From Syncephalis fuscata S228 (taxonomy: Eukaryota; Fungi; Zoopagomycota), in the NCBI GenBank assembly GCA_025786725.1, contig JAHLTZ010000002.1, forward strand, positions 124,001 through 188,000: 64,000 nt of DNA, read 5' to 3'. Both the position numbers and the translations under genes were made by a program. How positions within the stretch are numbered: position 1 is the stretch's first letter; the number at the start of each line of letters is the position of its first letter. Shown here piece by piece: positions 1 through 13,700 of this stretch. Below the pieces are notes generated by a model. It had not been told where the DNA came from and ran no database searches. It was given only the letters and a program-made list of their open reading frames with translations.

Positions 1-760
1 TCTTCAGGATCACCTACGTCAACTATATAATGGTCGTTGTAGTGGCTGGTTGGTTAGATAGTCAATAGAAAGAGCTAATTGATGTAATTTGATACATCGA
101 ATAAACAGAATAATGTTGCATACCTTGTTCGATGTAAAGTGTATCGGCCTCGGCGTGACGATGTGCAGCCAAAACAAGCGCTACCCGTAGATCCAATTTA
201 TGGAATTCATCCTCCACGACAGTAGCAGCATTAGTGGTTATTGTTACATCATTGGTCGATGGATGCTTGGAAGTGTCGGCACCATTATAATTATTATTAA
301 TAATTCTAGATGATTTTTCTGCTTTTTCTAAATAATTTAAATTAGGTTTATACTCTTTAAATAAATACAAGTGTACAATTAAGCTACCTTTAATTCCTTC
401 AAATAGCATCTTTTGCACATGAAGACTTTCATCCGATGTTATATTTTCTTGTTCGGCCGGCGTTAACGATGGCTGCAGCTGGCCGCTATCTCCATCGTTA
501 TTATCTTGGTGGCCATTATTGCTGATATCTTTTTTGCTATTATTGCCATGGGACTTTTCGGAAAAAGAGGATGGATTCACTAGGCGAGCATCAAACATAT
601 GGAATCTATTAGCTGTCAGGGCAGCGAAAGAATGCCATGAATGTGTGCTGAATTGGCGGGCCACTGTTCGAGAATGCTTTAAACCTTTAATGTCAATACA
701 GCGGCAACTATAACGGCTCGTTACAGCTGCTTTAGACGTCATAGACCGAATGAGTAGCAT
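1..760 (-). CDS. tRNA-binding OB-fold (EMAP II/Arc1p/Trbp111-like) domain protein, 3' end outside window; possible mitochondrial presequence
   Basis: EFHKLDLRVALVLAAHRHAEADTLYIEQ, then intron 123..23, then VDVGDPE: the start of a tRNA_bind domain. N-terminus is R/S/A-rich and acid-poor. Probable further intron at ~388..328. Confidence 0.75.
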
Positions 761-855
761 GTTTGTCGTAATAGCGATTTACCAATATACAAGGGATAAA
801 AAATAACGAAAAAAAGATGGGTGACGAATTGTATCACATCTTCTATTTACCTATT

Positions 856-1809
856 TTATTTATTTATTTATTTATTTAGCTTGTGGGCCAACGTTTCGTT
901 GTCTTATTTCCAACGAAGCTTCCCACCTAGAGTGTTATTATTTCACTCTAGTCGGGCTAGACCGCCACGTCTTCACGTGAGCTGGTCTCAATGGCACCAC
1001 GTTGGGGCAATAATCTTTAGGTAGTATTCAGTGTTAAATACTAGTCTATTAATTTTGTCCCAATTTTTAGTCAGATCTTTCGACCCGACTATAGCCGCGA
1101 AGCCAGTGTGTGGCTGGTCTTCGGCTATTATTCCTGGACCTTCTGAGTGGGCTGGGGGGTGTGCTGTTGATTGGCTGGTTTCCATTGGCTGTATTGTGTT
1201 GTTCCTATTGGCCCATATTCCCAATACCGATTTCACTCTTTTACATCTTGGTATCCAGATTTCATTCTCACAAATTTCAACATGGCTGCCGTTGCAGTGG
1301 CCATGATTTCTTCTCTCTCATCATGATTGAGGGTGAACTGTCTCAAATTATTGATGAGCTTCTCCCTCGAGAGTCCCAGTATAAATCCAGTGTCATTTAT
1401 TGGGTCCACTGGCATTGCGTAGTGTGCCACTTCTTCCACTCTGACTGGCAGTTGGGGTGGATTGGCTCTTATTCGTTTTTCGTTGATTTTTGTTATCGTT
1501 TTGATAGTTTCATTAGAAACTTGTCTTTTTGCCTCTCTGCTTATGTCTTCTGTGTTGGCTTTGCAGTTGACTACATGTTTCCACGTTTCTCTTTTCCCTC
1601 TTCACATCTACAGCATATATCTGTTGGATACCTTTCCACACACCATATATGCTGTCTGGCTAATGTTGGTAGTTGGCCAACTGCCAATTTCCACGCAAAC
1701 TCTTTCTTTTTCCTCTCCTTGTGGTTCTCTTCTGGTGTATGCTTTCTTCTTTCACTATCTTTTTCCTTCCCACCTATCGCTGTTACTCTCTTTTGCTTCC
1801 AGGTAGGTG
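856..1809 (-). mobile_element. 5'-truncated non-LTR (LINE-type) retrotransposon, ORF2 C-terminal remnant
   Basis: Minus strand encodes FAWKLAVGQLPTLARQH..YPTDICCRCEEGKE(T)WKHVVNC (zf-RVT-type) and EIWIPRC, with frameshifts. 3' (TAAA)n tail at ~856-878. Direct repeat TCTATTTACCTATT at 842-855 and 1810-1823. Confidence 0.88.
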
Positions 1810-2046
1810 TCTATTTACCTATTAATTATCTGGAGCATTGTACTTTATCATATCTTTTATTTATCTATTTCACCTCTTAACACTTTTAAATACAATTAAA
1901 CACTTATTTATTACTATAACGTGTATAATATTACATTCAACAATAACTAATTCATGTGTAATTATTAATACAATAATGTAATTAATTAGTTATTTTTATT
2001 ATTGCTTTGATATGTATATTGTCATTGTGATATTAATTGTCCAAAT

Positions 2047-2110
2047 GCCATTTATTTAGTCAGATTAGCTATAGGGAAAGTAGCTGTTTAATAAAAGATC
2101 TTTATACTAA
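2047..2110. repeat. Short dispersed repeat family 1, copy 1
   Basis: GCCATTTATTTAGTCAgattagCTATAGGGAAAGTaGCTGTtTAATAA matches 45909-45956. Confidence 0.7.
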
Positions 2111-3271
2111 TTATATTAATATTAATTTTATATCGCAAATATGTCCAAAATGCAATAGTACAATATTAGAAAATAGAAAATATTATTCAGATGCAATAAC
2201 CACCCATGCTGTACGTAGATGCAACAACAACATAATGACATGGAATCGCGATCAATGGCGTCTATTAATATTCCATCAATCTTTCTACACATGGCCAACA
2301 ACAACAACGATCGACCTTAAATGTTTCAAAGAAATCAAATGGTATGTTACATTGTTTATTTAAATGTTTAAAATAGCAGCTACTGATATAATGTTTTGTT
2401 ACAATTAATTTTATTTTATGGAAATAATAGTACTATTACATTACATTGATATTTATTGTGAATGACGATTTAAACACAAATTAATTATTTAAATCATTAC
2501 AATTGATTGCGTAAAATAGCCTATTGCGTTGAATGGGGAATCAAAATAATTGCAGTTGTCTTCGATAGTTATATTTGTAGTTCTATTGTTATAGTACTGG
2601 TAAAGCACTGAATAATCATTACGATTTATAATTAAATGGATATATTGTAGTGCAAAATACTTAACGGTCTATGTTGTTGTTCAGACAATAAAAATTAGTG
2701 TGATATTTTTAGATAACATAGTTGCAATAAGTAACTCATTAAAACAATAAGAACCAATTACAGTTGTTTTTAATTGAACAAAGTGGCTAAGTGCTGAAAT
2801 TATCAAGTCACGCTGCTTTCCAAACAGGTTTCTACCTAGCTTTGCTTCTGGTTGTTGTTGTATTATGCCCTGTGGCATATTGTGTGTACGCATATATGTA
2901 TATATATCTAAATGAGTATGCGTACAACATAAACTGCCAACTCTTTCATATAGCTAACGTTTTTTTAGAGCGCCGTGCTCATCTTTTTCTACTTTATTTT
3001 TGTTCGTATACCCATCTTTTGCTCGTGTCGTCTGTACATGAATTATTGGTGTACATCATTTTTTGCATTCTTTTAACCATTATTTTGCATTAAGCGCTGA
3101 TAGATACCAGCTATTACTGTGGTATTAAATTATCAGTTGCGTTTTATTTTCTAGTTTCATTGAATTTACACTCAGCGTGGCGTTATTCTTGGTCATTGAT
3201 TGTCTCTAGCTATATCCGCTGTATATCGCGCTGTTATTGTCTAAAATAGTGTCGATCGGGCTGCTACTATT

Positions 3272-4412
3272 ATGCATCCACCATACCCATCATCTCGGCA
3301 CAGCTATTTGGAAAAGAAAGTGCCAGCTACATCTGAACCAAGCTGTCCGGCAACAAATAGTACTAATAGCCTTGCTGATGTCAATAACATTGATCGCGAT
3401 CACACTCGCAACGCCAATGACTTGCCACCACCGTCTACCGATCATAACCAACAACAGCATATCTATACTAATTTGCATCATATTAACAATGAAGAAAATA
3501 ATAAAGCAGCATTAGCGCCTACAGCAGTTCGTCAAACCCTACATAGCGGACATGCTGCAACTACTGGTACTTCAGACCAGCGACCGGCATCAATTGCCCT
3601 TTCATCATTTTCTTCCGTAACTATTCCAGTGGTCCTTAGTCCAAGTGAAGTCATTTGTGCACCACTTGAGCCACCTAAGGCTAAATCATTTAGTGGAGCA
3701 TCAACAACATCCACACTAGCTAATTCCACAACTGGTGCTGCATTCACTGCAAATCATCTCATATATGACTCGGTACCTCCGATGACAGCGGGTGCAGCGT
3801 CTACTATGCAGACAGACACCACAGCTACTGCAGAAACAACGATCCGGTACACACTACTATTAAGCTAGGTCCATTTGCCACAACTGAGTCGGCACGCAAT
3901 TCTATTTTGACAACTCGAGATGTGCCATCAGAAATGAATTACAAACGCAGCAAAGTGCAGTGCCAGCAGCTAACACAGTTCATTCATCGGAAGCCACAAT
4001 TGCTACACCCAATACCATTATTACCACTATCAACAGCAATAACAATAGCCATAACAATGTGTTTCGTGTGGCTCAATATATTCGACGACCTATGATAGCA
4101 CCCAATTCTAGTCTGGTTACTACTGCTGCACCTCGAACTGTTAGCGAAAGAAGCAGCAACTTAAGACACAATCAGTCACAAACCGCTATTGCATTTACAA
4201 GCACTAATATGGAGCATAATACTACCAATAGACCAGTATTGACTTTAAATGACATAGATGGGCCAAGTTGCATTTATAGTTGCCATTATAACTTTTGTCA
4301 TGTGCTAAAGACGCTATTCTGCATTAGAATAAATAGTATTACCAATTTTATTAAGCTATTGTTTATATTAGTTAGTTTATTGCATACTTGTGATAATAAT
4401 AAAACAAAATAA
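3272..4412 (+). CDS. Hypothetical S/T/N/P-rich low-complexity protein, apparently frameshifted
   Basis: ORFs 3272-3868, 3907-4095 and 3960-4412 have similar composition and join through two single-base shifts. Cys-containing C-terminal tail. Confidence 0.45.
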
Positions 4413-5200
4413 TGGGGAAACTTGGCTTTTAGTGGGCTGATTTGGCGTTGTTAAATATGTTTTATAAATATTGCTTTGTTTTGAATATAATATAATGATA
4501 ATAATCATCACAAAGATGTTAGCTGTACCCTTTAGCCTATTAATTAATATGTATTAGTACATACTTTATTTGACTACTTTTTTATGAAGCCTTTAAATGT
4601 GTCTTTTTTTGATAAAACAGTTATTCCATCAATTATGTGCAATCTATCACAAATAATTGTAACTTCATTAATGAGTTAAGTAAATGACATCAAGGACTGC
4701 ATAAAAACAGCCATATATTTTGGTTGGCTATATAAAAATAACAGTTTTATTTCAGACTTTTCTTACTAAATAATATGCTAATAAATCTACGTTGATTACA
4801 TCTTGAGTATGCAGTATAATTAAATAAACAAAACATTGCTAACATATGTACAATTTATCACGTGGTCTTGTACATTGGCTCTCCAATCACGTTATTAATA
4901 TGGGCATTGATCAATTAATCCAGTTGCTAAGTCACCCACTTTCTTTCCGCTCAATCCCAAATACTTGTGTAGTTCATTCCTTATTCATATTGGTTTTAAA
5001 TAACGCCTGGCTTATTGCTTTGTTTCCAGGATAACTACTATTGCCTTGACAACTGTACAGCAGAGTTTGGACTGTTATTTGCCGCTGTTGCCTGGAATTC
5101 TGTGTCGCTGCACGTTGCAGTTTATGTATACACCAACCCACATTTACTTTTAACAAACTCACTACGCAGTTTACTGTGCATATAAATACGTTAACTTAGT

Positions 5201-6593
5201 ATGGAGGACAGTTCTGTATTAAGCAAGTGTACTCGCAATGAGTTGTCTGGTAAGTGACGTCAATAATTAAGTGGCCAAGCCAGTAGGTGACGTGCCAACG
5301 CGTATTTTTGATCGCCGCTAGCACTGAAGCCATTTAAGTGCAAACCATTGATGGAATTTTAAAAAATAATAGAAATTGCAGGCAGACTCAGATTGGCTGT
5401 TGGGGGACGTAAATCCGAGATTGAGACGCGTATATGGTAAGAAAAAGTGTCGTTTATGTCTAATCATCAATTCTTACACATATTAGGGAGTATTACCAGC
5501 AGACACAAGATCCAGCGTATGTCCGGAAAATCGTCGACAAAATGATTGCTAAGTCACCAAAACACGGCCGACGCCCACGTGTAATTGAACGTGCGCTAGT
5601 ATCTCTTCCGAGGTTATAGAAGAAGTTGTAACAACACCGGCAAGAAGGTGAGCTGATAACACTGAGTTGATTCGTTTCAAAACTAATTCTGTAGCGGACA
5701 GTGATTTGACAAAAGAAGTTTTGACCACACAACGTTCTCCGCAGAATGTACGTCGGACCAAGCTGCTTCCTGTATCAAAGTTATTGCCAGAGACCGATGA
5801 TGTCGGCGAAGATGAGTCGGCTGAAGAGCAAGATACTGTGGCTGAACAAACACCAACACGTAGACGGTCTCTTCTTTCCCAGCAGCTATTGGAGTCTTGG
5901 AAATCAAGTCCAAAGACTGAGCGTCTTTTGCTAAAGCTACGCGAGGTAAAATTTTAATTTAAAATGTATAGCTTTCTACTTATATGTCGCGTTCTATATA
6001 GCAATACTCTAGCGTTTCAGCAATTATACAATCATTGGTAGTGTGCGAACTAATCGTATTGGCACTGACGACCGTCAAATGGGACATTGTAAGTAGAAAG
6101 ATACTAATATTTACAACAACTAATAGTTGCTTATTTGCAGAAAAGTACCGGGCCGGTCCTGTTTTATCTGTCTGGCACAATACATGAATTTCACGGACCA
6201 GTGCCAGATTTCTCACTATTTGCACGATTCGATACCTTTTGGTATCCGCTAATTGGATGGCTAATTGGCTTTGTTATTTTGCCAGCTCTTCCAGCGCTTG
6301 TAGTCCACATCGGCCAAACATCAATTCAAACCCGACGCGGAAGTCGCCGCATTAGTAGTGCTAGTGCTCGTGAAGGAGCATTCAGCTTATTCCAGTGTGG
6401 AGATTACAGCGTCAATGTTATTACTTGGTCGGCCGCTCGATTGGCGTGTATCTATATACTGCGCGGTATTTCGCCACACGTAGCTCAGTGGCCATATGCC
6501 GTCTATGCACATTTATCGCAAGAATTGCTTGTTGTAACAGGCACAGCGGGTCTATTGTTTACAATGGTTGAAATGCTTTCTAAGCAATCATAG
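5201..6593 (+). CDS. Gtt3-like nuclear-periphery membrane protein with N-terminal SAP/HeH-like motif (multi-exon)
   Basis: MEDSSVLSKCTRNELS..RLRLAVGGRKSEIETRIWEYY, a TP/SP-rich spacer, then C-terminal TM segments FWYPLIGWLIGFVILP, VNVITWSAARLACIYIL, TGTAGLLFTMVE. Introns include 5648..5701. One apparent frameshift near 5595. Confidence 0.55.
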
Positions 6594-7498
6594 TTTTTTA
6601 TTACTGACAATCATTAAAGAGATAAGCCAACAGCATGCAGATAAATACTTTAAAAGACTGTGCATAATCCGCCAATTATTATAATTATTTATTATGGTCT
6701 AAATAAACCATATAATGATGTGTTACAAGATGTGCAAATGTGCTATCGGTTGAATGATTAGATAAGCTGTCAGCGTTGAATTCAGTAGACTATATTGTAG
6801 TGTTTTGACTTTTATGTAATAATACATGATTGTCTAGCTTACAGTGGTGTTTAAATATCAATGTAAACATGGAATAAAATAGTATTATGTACAGCGTTTA
6901 ATACACATTGGATAAATGCTTAGTGATGGTCATATACACTATGATCAGTTGAATACTAATATGTATATCGACTATTTTGTCAAGACAATAAAATATTAAT
7001 AATGCTTAGAAGAAACAGCCGTTGTTTTAAATAGTTAATGCAATGGCCATTATAATTATTCAGTTCATTGCTGGACTATTATATGCTGATTATATATAGT
7101 GTTATACATATAATTTAATACAAAGGATAGGTAGAGCTATAACGTGCGACTTGGAAGATGTAACTAGTTTTTATCATTCATAAGAGATATTGCTATATTG
7201 AATTTAACATTTATCACTTTAGTAGTTGGCCATGATAACCAGTGGATATGGATAACGCTTTATATATTGATGAATAAAGGAAAGGACTAAATAGATTAAA
7301 GACACGAAATTGTAACAGCTTGTTTTACAGCCTGACTTTATGGAATATTAGTCATTTACTGTTTAAATCATACCAAGTAGCATTTACAAGTAAATAGCTA
7401 TACAATATTAGCGCTTAATAAACAAATACATAATACATAAAATATAGCACATAACTAAGACAATTGGATCATAACATACTATGAATTTATTTAATGAA

Positions 7499-8731
7499 TT
7501 ATTGATGAGAATGCCAGTTTGGATTGTTAGTTAAAAGCATTCCTTCCAATGCATCCATAGTGACCTCGTCTGCTATTTCTAAACATCTAGATACATCTAG
7601 CCTGTAAAGCTCGCTCTGAGTCCAACCTGGCCTGTGTATAGCTTTTCCCTTTTTCGCATCTTCATTGTTTTTGAGTTTGCAGAGTATTTCAATTTTTACT
7701 TTCTTAGGAACAAGCCAAAGAATTTTTCTTGAAGTAACTTCATTTAAAACAAAACGCTCCGCCTCTGCTTTTCCATTCTCAAATCCCCATTCTGTTGAAA
7801 TGGGAGTATTAAAATTAAAAAACTGTGGCATATATTTACCATCTTTCTTCTTGGTATGCAAATATCTAGCAATACAATCAATATAAGCATTATTAATAAA
7901 CGCTATACTTACCATCAAAATTCTTGTGGCATACCATCCCACTTTTCTTATAGCATCTAGACCTAATAATAATTTAATATATACATATAAACAATCAAGA
8001 TTTGTACCTGATCCAATATTACGCCATAAATCCAATATCTTTTTCATATCAAGTTGCATTGCACTAGTTGAAAAGTTAGCATTATAGATATTATATGGAA
8101 GTAATACTATTGAATTAGTCATACCTGAGGGGATTCTCAGCAAATTGTTTATATGTCTGTTCACATTGGCCTGGTAAGACATAGCATCTAATTTGTCCAG
8201 AAATTATAAAACCGCCTTTAGGTACAGCAACAGAAAACTTGTTGCTGTTAAATAGTAAAGAATGTGCCTTTAAATCCTGTTGATGATGCTACTTGTTAGT
8301 TTTTGCATATCTATTGCTACATAAAACTTGCCTCATATACTTGAAAAGCATTATTGTTTGGATTTGGATCTGATCCACATGTAAGTGTAATGGGTTGATT
8401 ATGTTGCGTTCCTTTGATATAGTGAACACCTTTAACTTCATATGGATTGTCAGTAAACTGAATATCATATATGGTAAATGGACTTTCTGAGTCGTTGTTT
8501 TTATAACTCATAAATTCTACATAAATACTAAAGTTAGCAAATAACATGGATAAATTGGCGTAGACGTTTACCAATGGGCCTAGGCTCGGGCTCGGGCTTA
8601 GAGTTGAAGGAGCCTGGCATGGCATTAGAAGGCTCGGACCCAAACAAACCTGGTATACCATTAACAGGAGTGACCTGAGTAATTGATACTAGCATGAGAG
8701 CAGTGGTAGCAATAGCAAGAATGGATTTCAT
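7499..8731 (-). CDS. Secreted kinase-fold (pseudokinase-like) protein, copy A
   Basis: Signal peptide MKSILAIATTALMLVSITQVTPVNG. Five short introns including a GC-AG intron at 8331..8277. Kinase-like segment GLDAIRKVGWYA(HKNFD)DICI..PQFFNF. Two 1-nt deletions relative to copy B. Confidence 0.65.
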
Positions 8732-9235
8732 TATAAGTATGGCTTTGTCAAAATTTAGTCGTTAAATAAAAAGTGGTGTTTTCTATTAGACTAGTATGTG
8801 AGGAAAGAGTACGACGTGATGATTAGACAAATAAACATGTTAAAATGCAGATATTTATAGTAAAATACACCGTACGATAGTCAACATATTTACTATGAGG
8901 CTGAACAAATACAATTATGCGCTTCTGAGTAAACAACGTGAAAAGAGCACATGGAATAAATAAGTGACAAATTTCCGACATCTCAATATAGAATTTGAAA
9001 TAAAAATGTTTCGAAAATGCATTCTTATTTCTATCTAAAGAGATTGAATGGCACGACAAACAAAACGGTAACTCATTATAATAATGCCATTTTTACATGA
9101 TTGTTACTCCTGGAACAATGATATCCAAAAAATTTACAGGTTTGTTAGTAAACGCTGTGGACTGAAAACCATCTTTTTTGTTGATACTAATTACAACGCA
9201 GATAGTAATTCAATAGTCTAGATTCAAATATACTA
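8630..9235. repeat. Duplicated promoter + signal-peptide block
   Basis: Near-identical to 24481-25045 in the same orientation, and more diverged and inverted relative to ~19470-20040. Confidence 0.92.
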
Positions 9236-9403
9236 AATGTATATATTATATTATTTTACAGCTTGCTTTCACATAATACTTGTTGTTTGTTATTTAAATT
9301 ATGTTAAATAAAATTGCATTCATGTGACATTATATCATTTTATTACTAGATAAAGCGAAAGACAAAGATAATAAAAAATACTTAATCTTCATTGAAAGTA
9401 AAG

Positions 9404-10720
9404 TTAATTACTCTTTCTTATTTCTGCAGATTCGGCTTCATTGGCTTGATATTCTCGACTGCCAGCTGTTACAACGGCTGCTGCAAGCTGAGATGCCTCT
9501 TCAATGATTCGATCTGTCTCTATACGGGCTCTCAGCCGGTCTTTACCTGACAAATAGTCAAGATCGGTCTCTACGGCTGATTTATCTGCTGCTGAAGTAC
9601 GATAATGTGTTAGATAGCGAGACCGCAACGTATCATCTTCGGCAATGGCAGTTCGCACCAGCTGGATGGCTTGTGTGCGATGCAGAATCATTTCTAATTC
9701 GCCGTTCATTAGACTAACTAGCGCACTTGGATCACTAATCTTTGTGGATCTATATTTGTGACAACAAGAGGACGTGGACGCGCATCCCACCATGTACCGC
9801 ACAATATGGCAAGCAATAGCCAGCATCGGGTCGCGCTAAGGTCGTCATGCAAAAACGGTATAGGCCACACGCCTAATGGATCATTTTTATCTTTATCAGC
9901 GACAGAGAAGGCAATCCATTCAACAGCAACACCGATGAGTAGTGCCCAGCCGACGTAGAATCTTGCTCGTATTTGCCGGCGTCGCTGCTCTTTAGCTGCA
10001 ACCATAAATAAAGCTTCGTTGATTCCCGAATCGTTGTATCATGATTGACAGCGGTAACTGTTGAAGAGGCAGATTTAAGACGGGGAGCGGCAAGGAAGAG
10101 GTCGCTAGTCCGACAACAATGGCTACAATAAAGTATTCCCAAGCAATTGATGGTACAAGGTAAAAGACGTAGTCAACCAAGCTTTGGCAATTATCGCCAC
10201 ATTGTGTGAATGCTCGTTCACCGAATGTGCAGTAATAGCCACGCTGCTCATCGTGTCGCAGTTTCTCCCAGAGTTCAAGTAAACGAAGGCCCTGACTATC
10301 ATTGCGCTTATTGACAATATTTGTTACATCCTCCATGGTCACTAGATAGTGGCCGTAGTGATTGGATAAACGTTCACGTATTGCATTTCGAAATCGAAAA
10401 TTAGGCACATTACGTGGCAGATCCAATTCGTAGAAAATATTGGGCGATGATACATATATATCGTAAATCTTCCATACGATCATACCAAGTAGTAGCCAAT
10501 TAGCAAGGCGGGCTTGCCATGTCATTGGTGCTATTTTAGACGATAGATTGGCATTGTTATTAGTATTGTTGTCATTGCTGCTATTGCTATTGCTGCTGCT
10601 GCTACTACTACTACTACTACTGAATTGCGCCTTTATATATCTGAATATTGTGGGTGCCAGTAAAAAGAAAATAATCTGGCCCCAAGTGGTATTTAAAAAG
10701 TTAAATATAGCGACGAGCAT
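9404..10720 (-). CDS. Conserved fungal multi-pass membrane protein with degenerate J-domain-like region; two apparent frameshifts
   Basis: SPNIFYELDLPRN..LWEKLRHDEQRGYYCTFGERAFTQC..CQSLVDY pattern. Three overlapping ORFs join by 1-nt indels at ~10005 and ~9727. Confidence 0.6.
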
Positions 10721-13700
10721 ATTGATAAAACAAATATTAAAAGAACAAAATACCACTCAAAGTTAAATGGTGCAAAAGGCGGCACATATGAGGATAAAAG
10801 GCGTGGCGACAAAAAAGGAAAGTATAATTATTAAATAATGAGTAGTCTTGATGTCAAATGCTATTTATTATTGTTTGGCTACTAAATAATAATACGTAGC
10901 TAATGATTTATCTAGTGTTCTGCAATTGCATTAACAGAAATAATAAAGCAAACAACTAAATTATTGAATACAATTCAAATAACCAAATGAAACGCTACAC
11001 TTATCAACAAGCCCATTGTCAATATCTCTATGCTTTCATGTTTTGCTTACGTAGCTATAAAAATTCTCCATAGCTCCTCTATAATAAGTAATATACAATA
11101 ATTCTATCTATTGCATCCCAATTCAATGTTCATTTTATGGTAATGCGTCTATCTAGAATAATAGCCAGTATTGGCTAATCATTAGTCTAGTTCATATCAT
11201 TGCAATATGCTTGCATATTAGGCTTTTTGTCGTTGATTTGATCAGTTAAAACTTACTGCATGCTGTAAAGTTATAATAATTGGCTTTAATAAAATTATAG
11301 ACATACTAGAAAATCTAGCTGCCAGTAATAACCCATAAGCATAAAACAAAGATAGAGTTATTTATTCACTTGCATTCTACAGCTGTATGTTTTATAGATC
11401 TTTACGTTATTTAAATATTTATACAAATGCAAACATTATAGACTTATTATGTTGTGGCGCATCGCTACTTGTCCATATTGTTTTCTTGTCAGTGTATATA
11501 CAACCGAAAAACACAGTGTTTAAAAATAGAACAATTTGCTGCTGTTATGTTAGTAGACTAGTGAGAATATATATAGAATTCAACAGCCATAAATTATGGT
11601 TTTGAAGTTTTGCCTTAATGCATTATAAATAAAATTATAATCATAATCACTAATAAGATGTAGTTTGGATCAATAACAACTTAATGGCAGTAAATACATT
11701 ACACGAATCACAGGAAACAAAAGCTTAATATGATAAATATAGGCAAACCATTTTGATAGCTACTATGAGAACTATTTGTTATTTCTGTTTTTTTGTGTAA
11801 TTACACTAAGCGTTAAATTACTAAATTGTAGTGGTAATTTAAAGCAAAGATCCCGGAATAGCATTATATAAAGGACTAATGTAACCAAGTTGTTTTATTA
11901 TAATTGTTATGTGTTATCATTTACTTGTTTGAAAAGTGTTTATATTCATTAATAACAAAGCTAGATTCAACAAATAATTTAAATTAATCATTTTTAATAA
12001 TATAAAATATTATGTCGTAAAAATATTTTATTAAATTTAGTTAATAAATGTCAGGGTTTAAAGACTTAAATTGAAAATTAAGAAGAAATAAAGCACAATA
12101 CACACTACTAGTATAATAACAACAGTAGAAACAAATGAGATAATTAACTAACAATTGTTATTATTACTAAAATGAATGTTTAATGTAGCTGTACCGAATG
12201 TAGCTAATTGTAATAGATCCGTAAGATACGCGTGTATAATATTATCATTATAGTATAGATTGTAATGATATATCTTGTTGTCGTTTGATATGATATGTCG
12301 CAACAGAAATGATAAATGGAGAAGAAATAGTATGACATTCCAGATAGCAAAATGTTGGAATGTAGAAAAAGTATTTTATTTAAAAACAAAACAGCATACT
12401 TCAGCTGAAGATAAAAGACATATCTCAGACAAATACAAAGAAGCACAGCTCAGCTAAAGTAAAAAGACACACGTTTAACGTTGATGTAATATCAACAAAT
12501 CGTACAGTACATTAAGACAAGCAGCTATTGCCAGGACAAGTCGATCGCTCAACTAGGCAAACTACTTATTACTATAAGTGGCATGCTAATACAAATGTAG
12601 CCACCAAACGGCTTTGGGAATGCCGCAGCTCTCATTCCCTGACTTGTTGGCTTTATATTACAAGGATCGTCATATTACTTATTGTGATACACCAATTATA
12701 CACCGTGTCAAATCTTGGGGGCTACACAAGGCGTGATTTCTTGTTTTGGCAACACGTTTGAATTAGATGATTGGTTCCTGGGCTTTGCTCGAATTGTAAC
12801 GAATGACTGCATACCAATAGCGCTGCATTGTTACCACCAAGTCCATAGACGGTAAAGGCGGCACGCTGCCATTGCCACTGCCATTGTTACCACTACACGC
12901 TGCAATTTATCGGTAGTCTAGACTAAACATTAGCCATGCCAGATAATTATGCACGATAACCAACATGTATGCATTGTCGTTGACATTTATGACGAAATGA
13001 TGTTGTAACTTATCAAGGTCCTTTGTCGTGCCACAGACGATCACACTATGCGCATAAGGAGATCTCCATGACGTAAATAGATCCTCGTTATTTGTGCTAA
13101 CTGAAACAGATACAGTTAGTAGACGAAATAAACAGAGGGCTGCTAGTTTTACACCCACCACACGTGCAGGAGTGCAAAAGCAAAAACTAGACGACTTTTT
13201 GAAATTTGTGACAAAAAACTAGACTGCTTACTTGCTTGGCAACCTGTTTACATGTTAGATCGTCATTGCTTAGCATGCTGAGCATTGCCGTCGCCTTATT
13301 ATTGTGGCCACAACAGCACAACCGCCACATTGAATGTTGTTTTTTATTGTTGTTCATTACTTTGTGTTGTCGTATCCCTTTCATTTCTCTTCCCCTTTAT
13401 CAGCTCAATTATCCGTTTGTTCAATGCTTTTGCCTTGAGTAAGATTGCATTGTACACTTTTATACTCCGCTTGCTCTCGTCCAACAGCCTCCTTTCCCAC
13501 TCCGATCTTCCATAACATTGTACTCCCGTCCATACTTGTTCTAATTCTAACACACCCAAACAGATCTTTTGTCAACACGCCTTTTCCATTTGTTTTCTCA
13601 TTCTCTCGCTCGATTATTCACCTTGGCCGTAAATTTATAAACGGCGACTCCTTTTGACTTTCCGCTCGGTATGAGCGGTGTCGGTTCATTTTGACGCTTT

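Noticed and set aside
1110-1880. 256-aa plus-strand hydrophobic ORF
   Set aside because: It is the antisense shadow of the purine-rich LINE remnant on the minus strand.
5640-5701. In-frame TGA suggesting selenocysteine or readthrough
   Set aside because: The TGA lies in the GTGAGC donor of a 54-nt intron (5648..5701) whose removal keeps the frame.
8823-9059. Duplicated small ORF (also 24639-24830)
   Set aside because: It lies in the duplicated promoter block, and indels between copies break the frame, so it is not conserved as protein.
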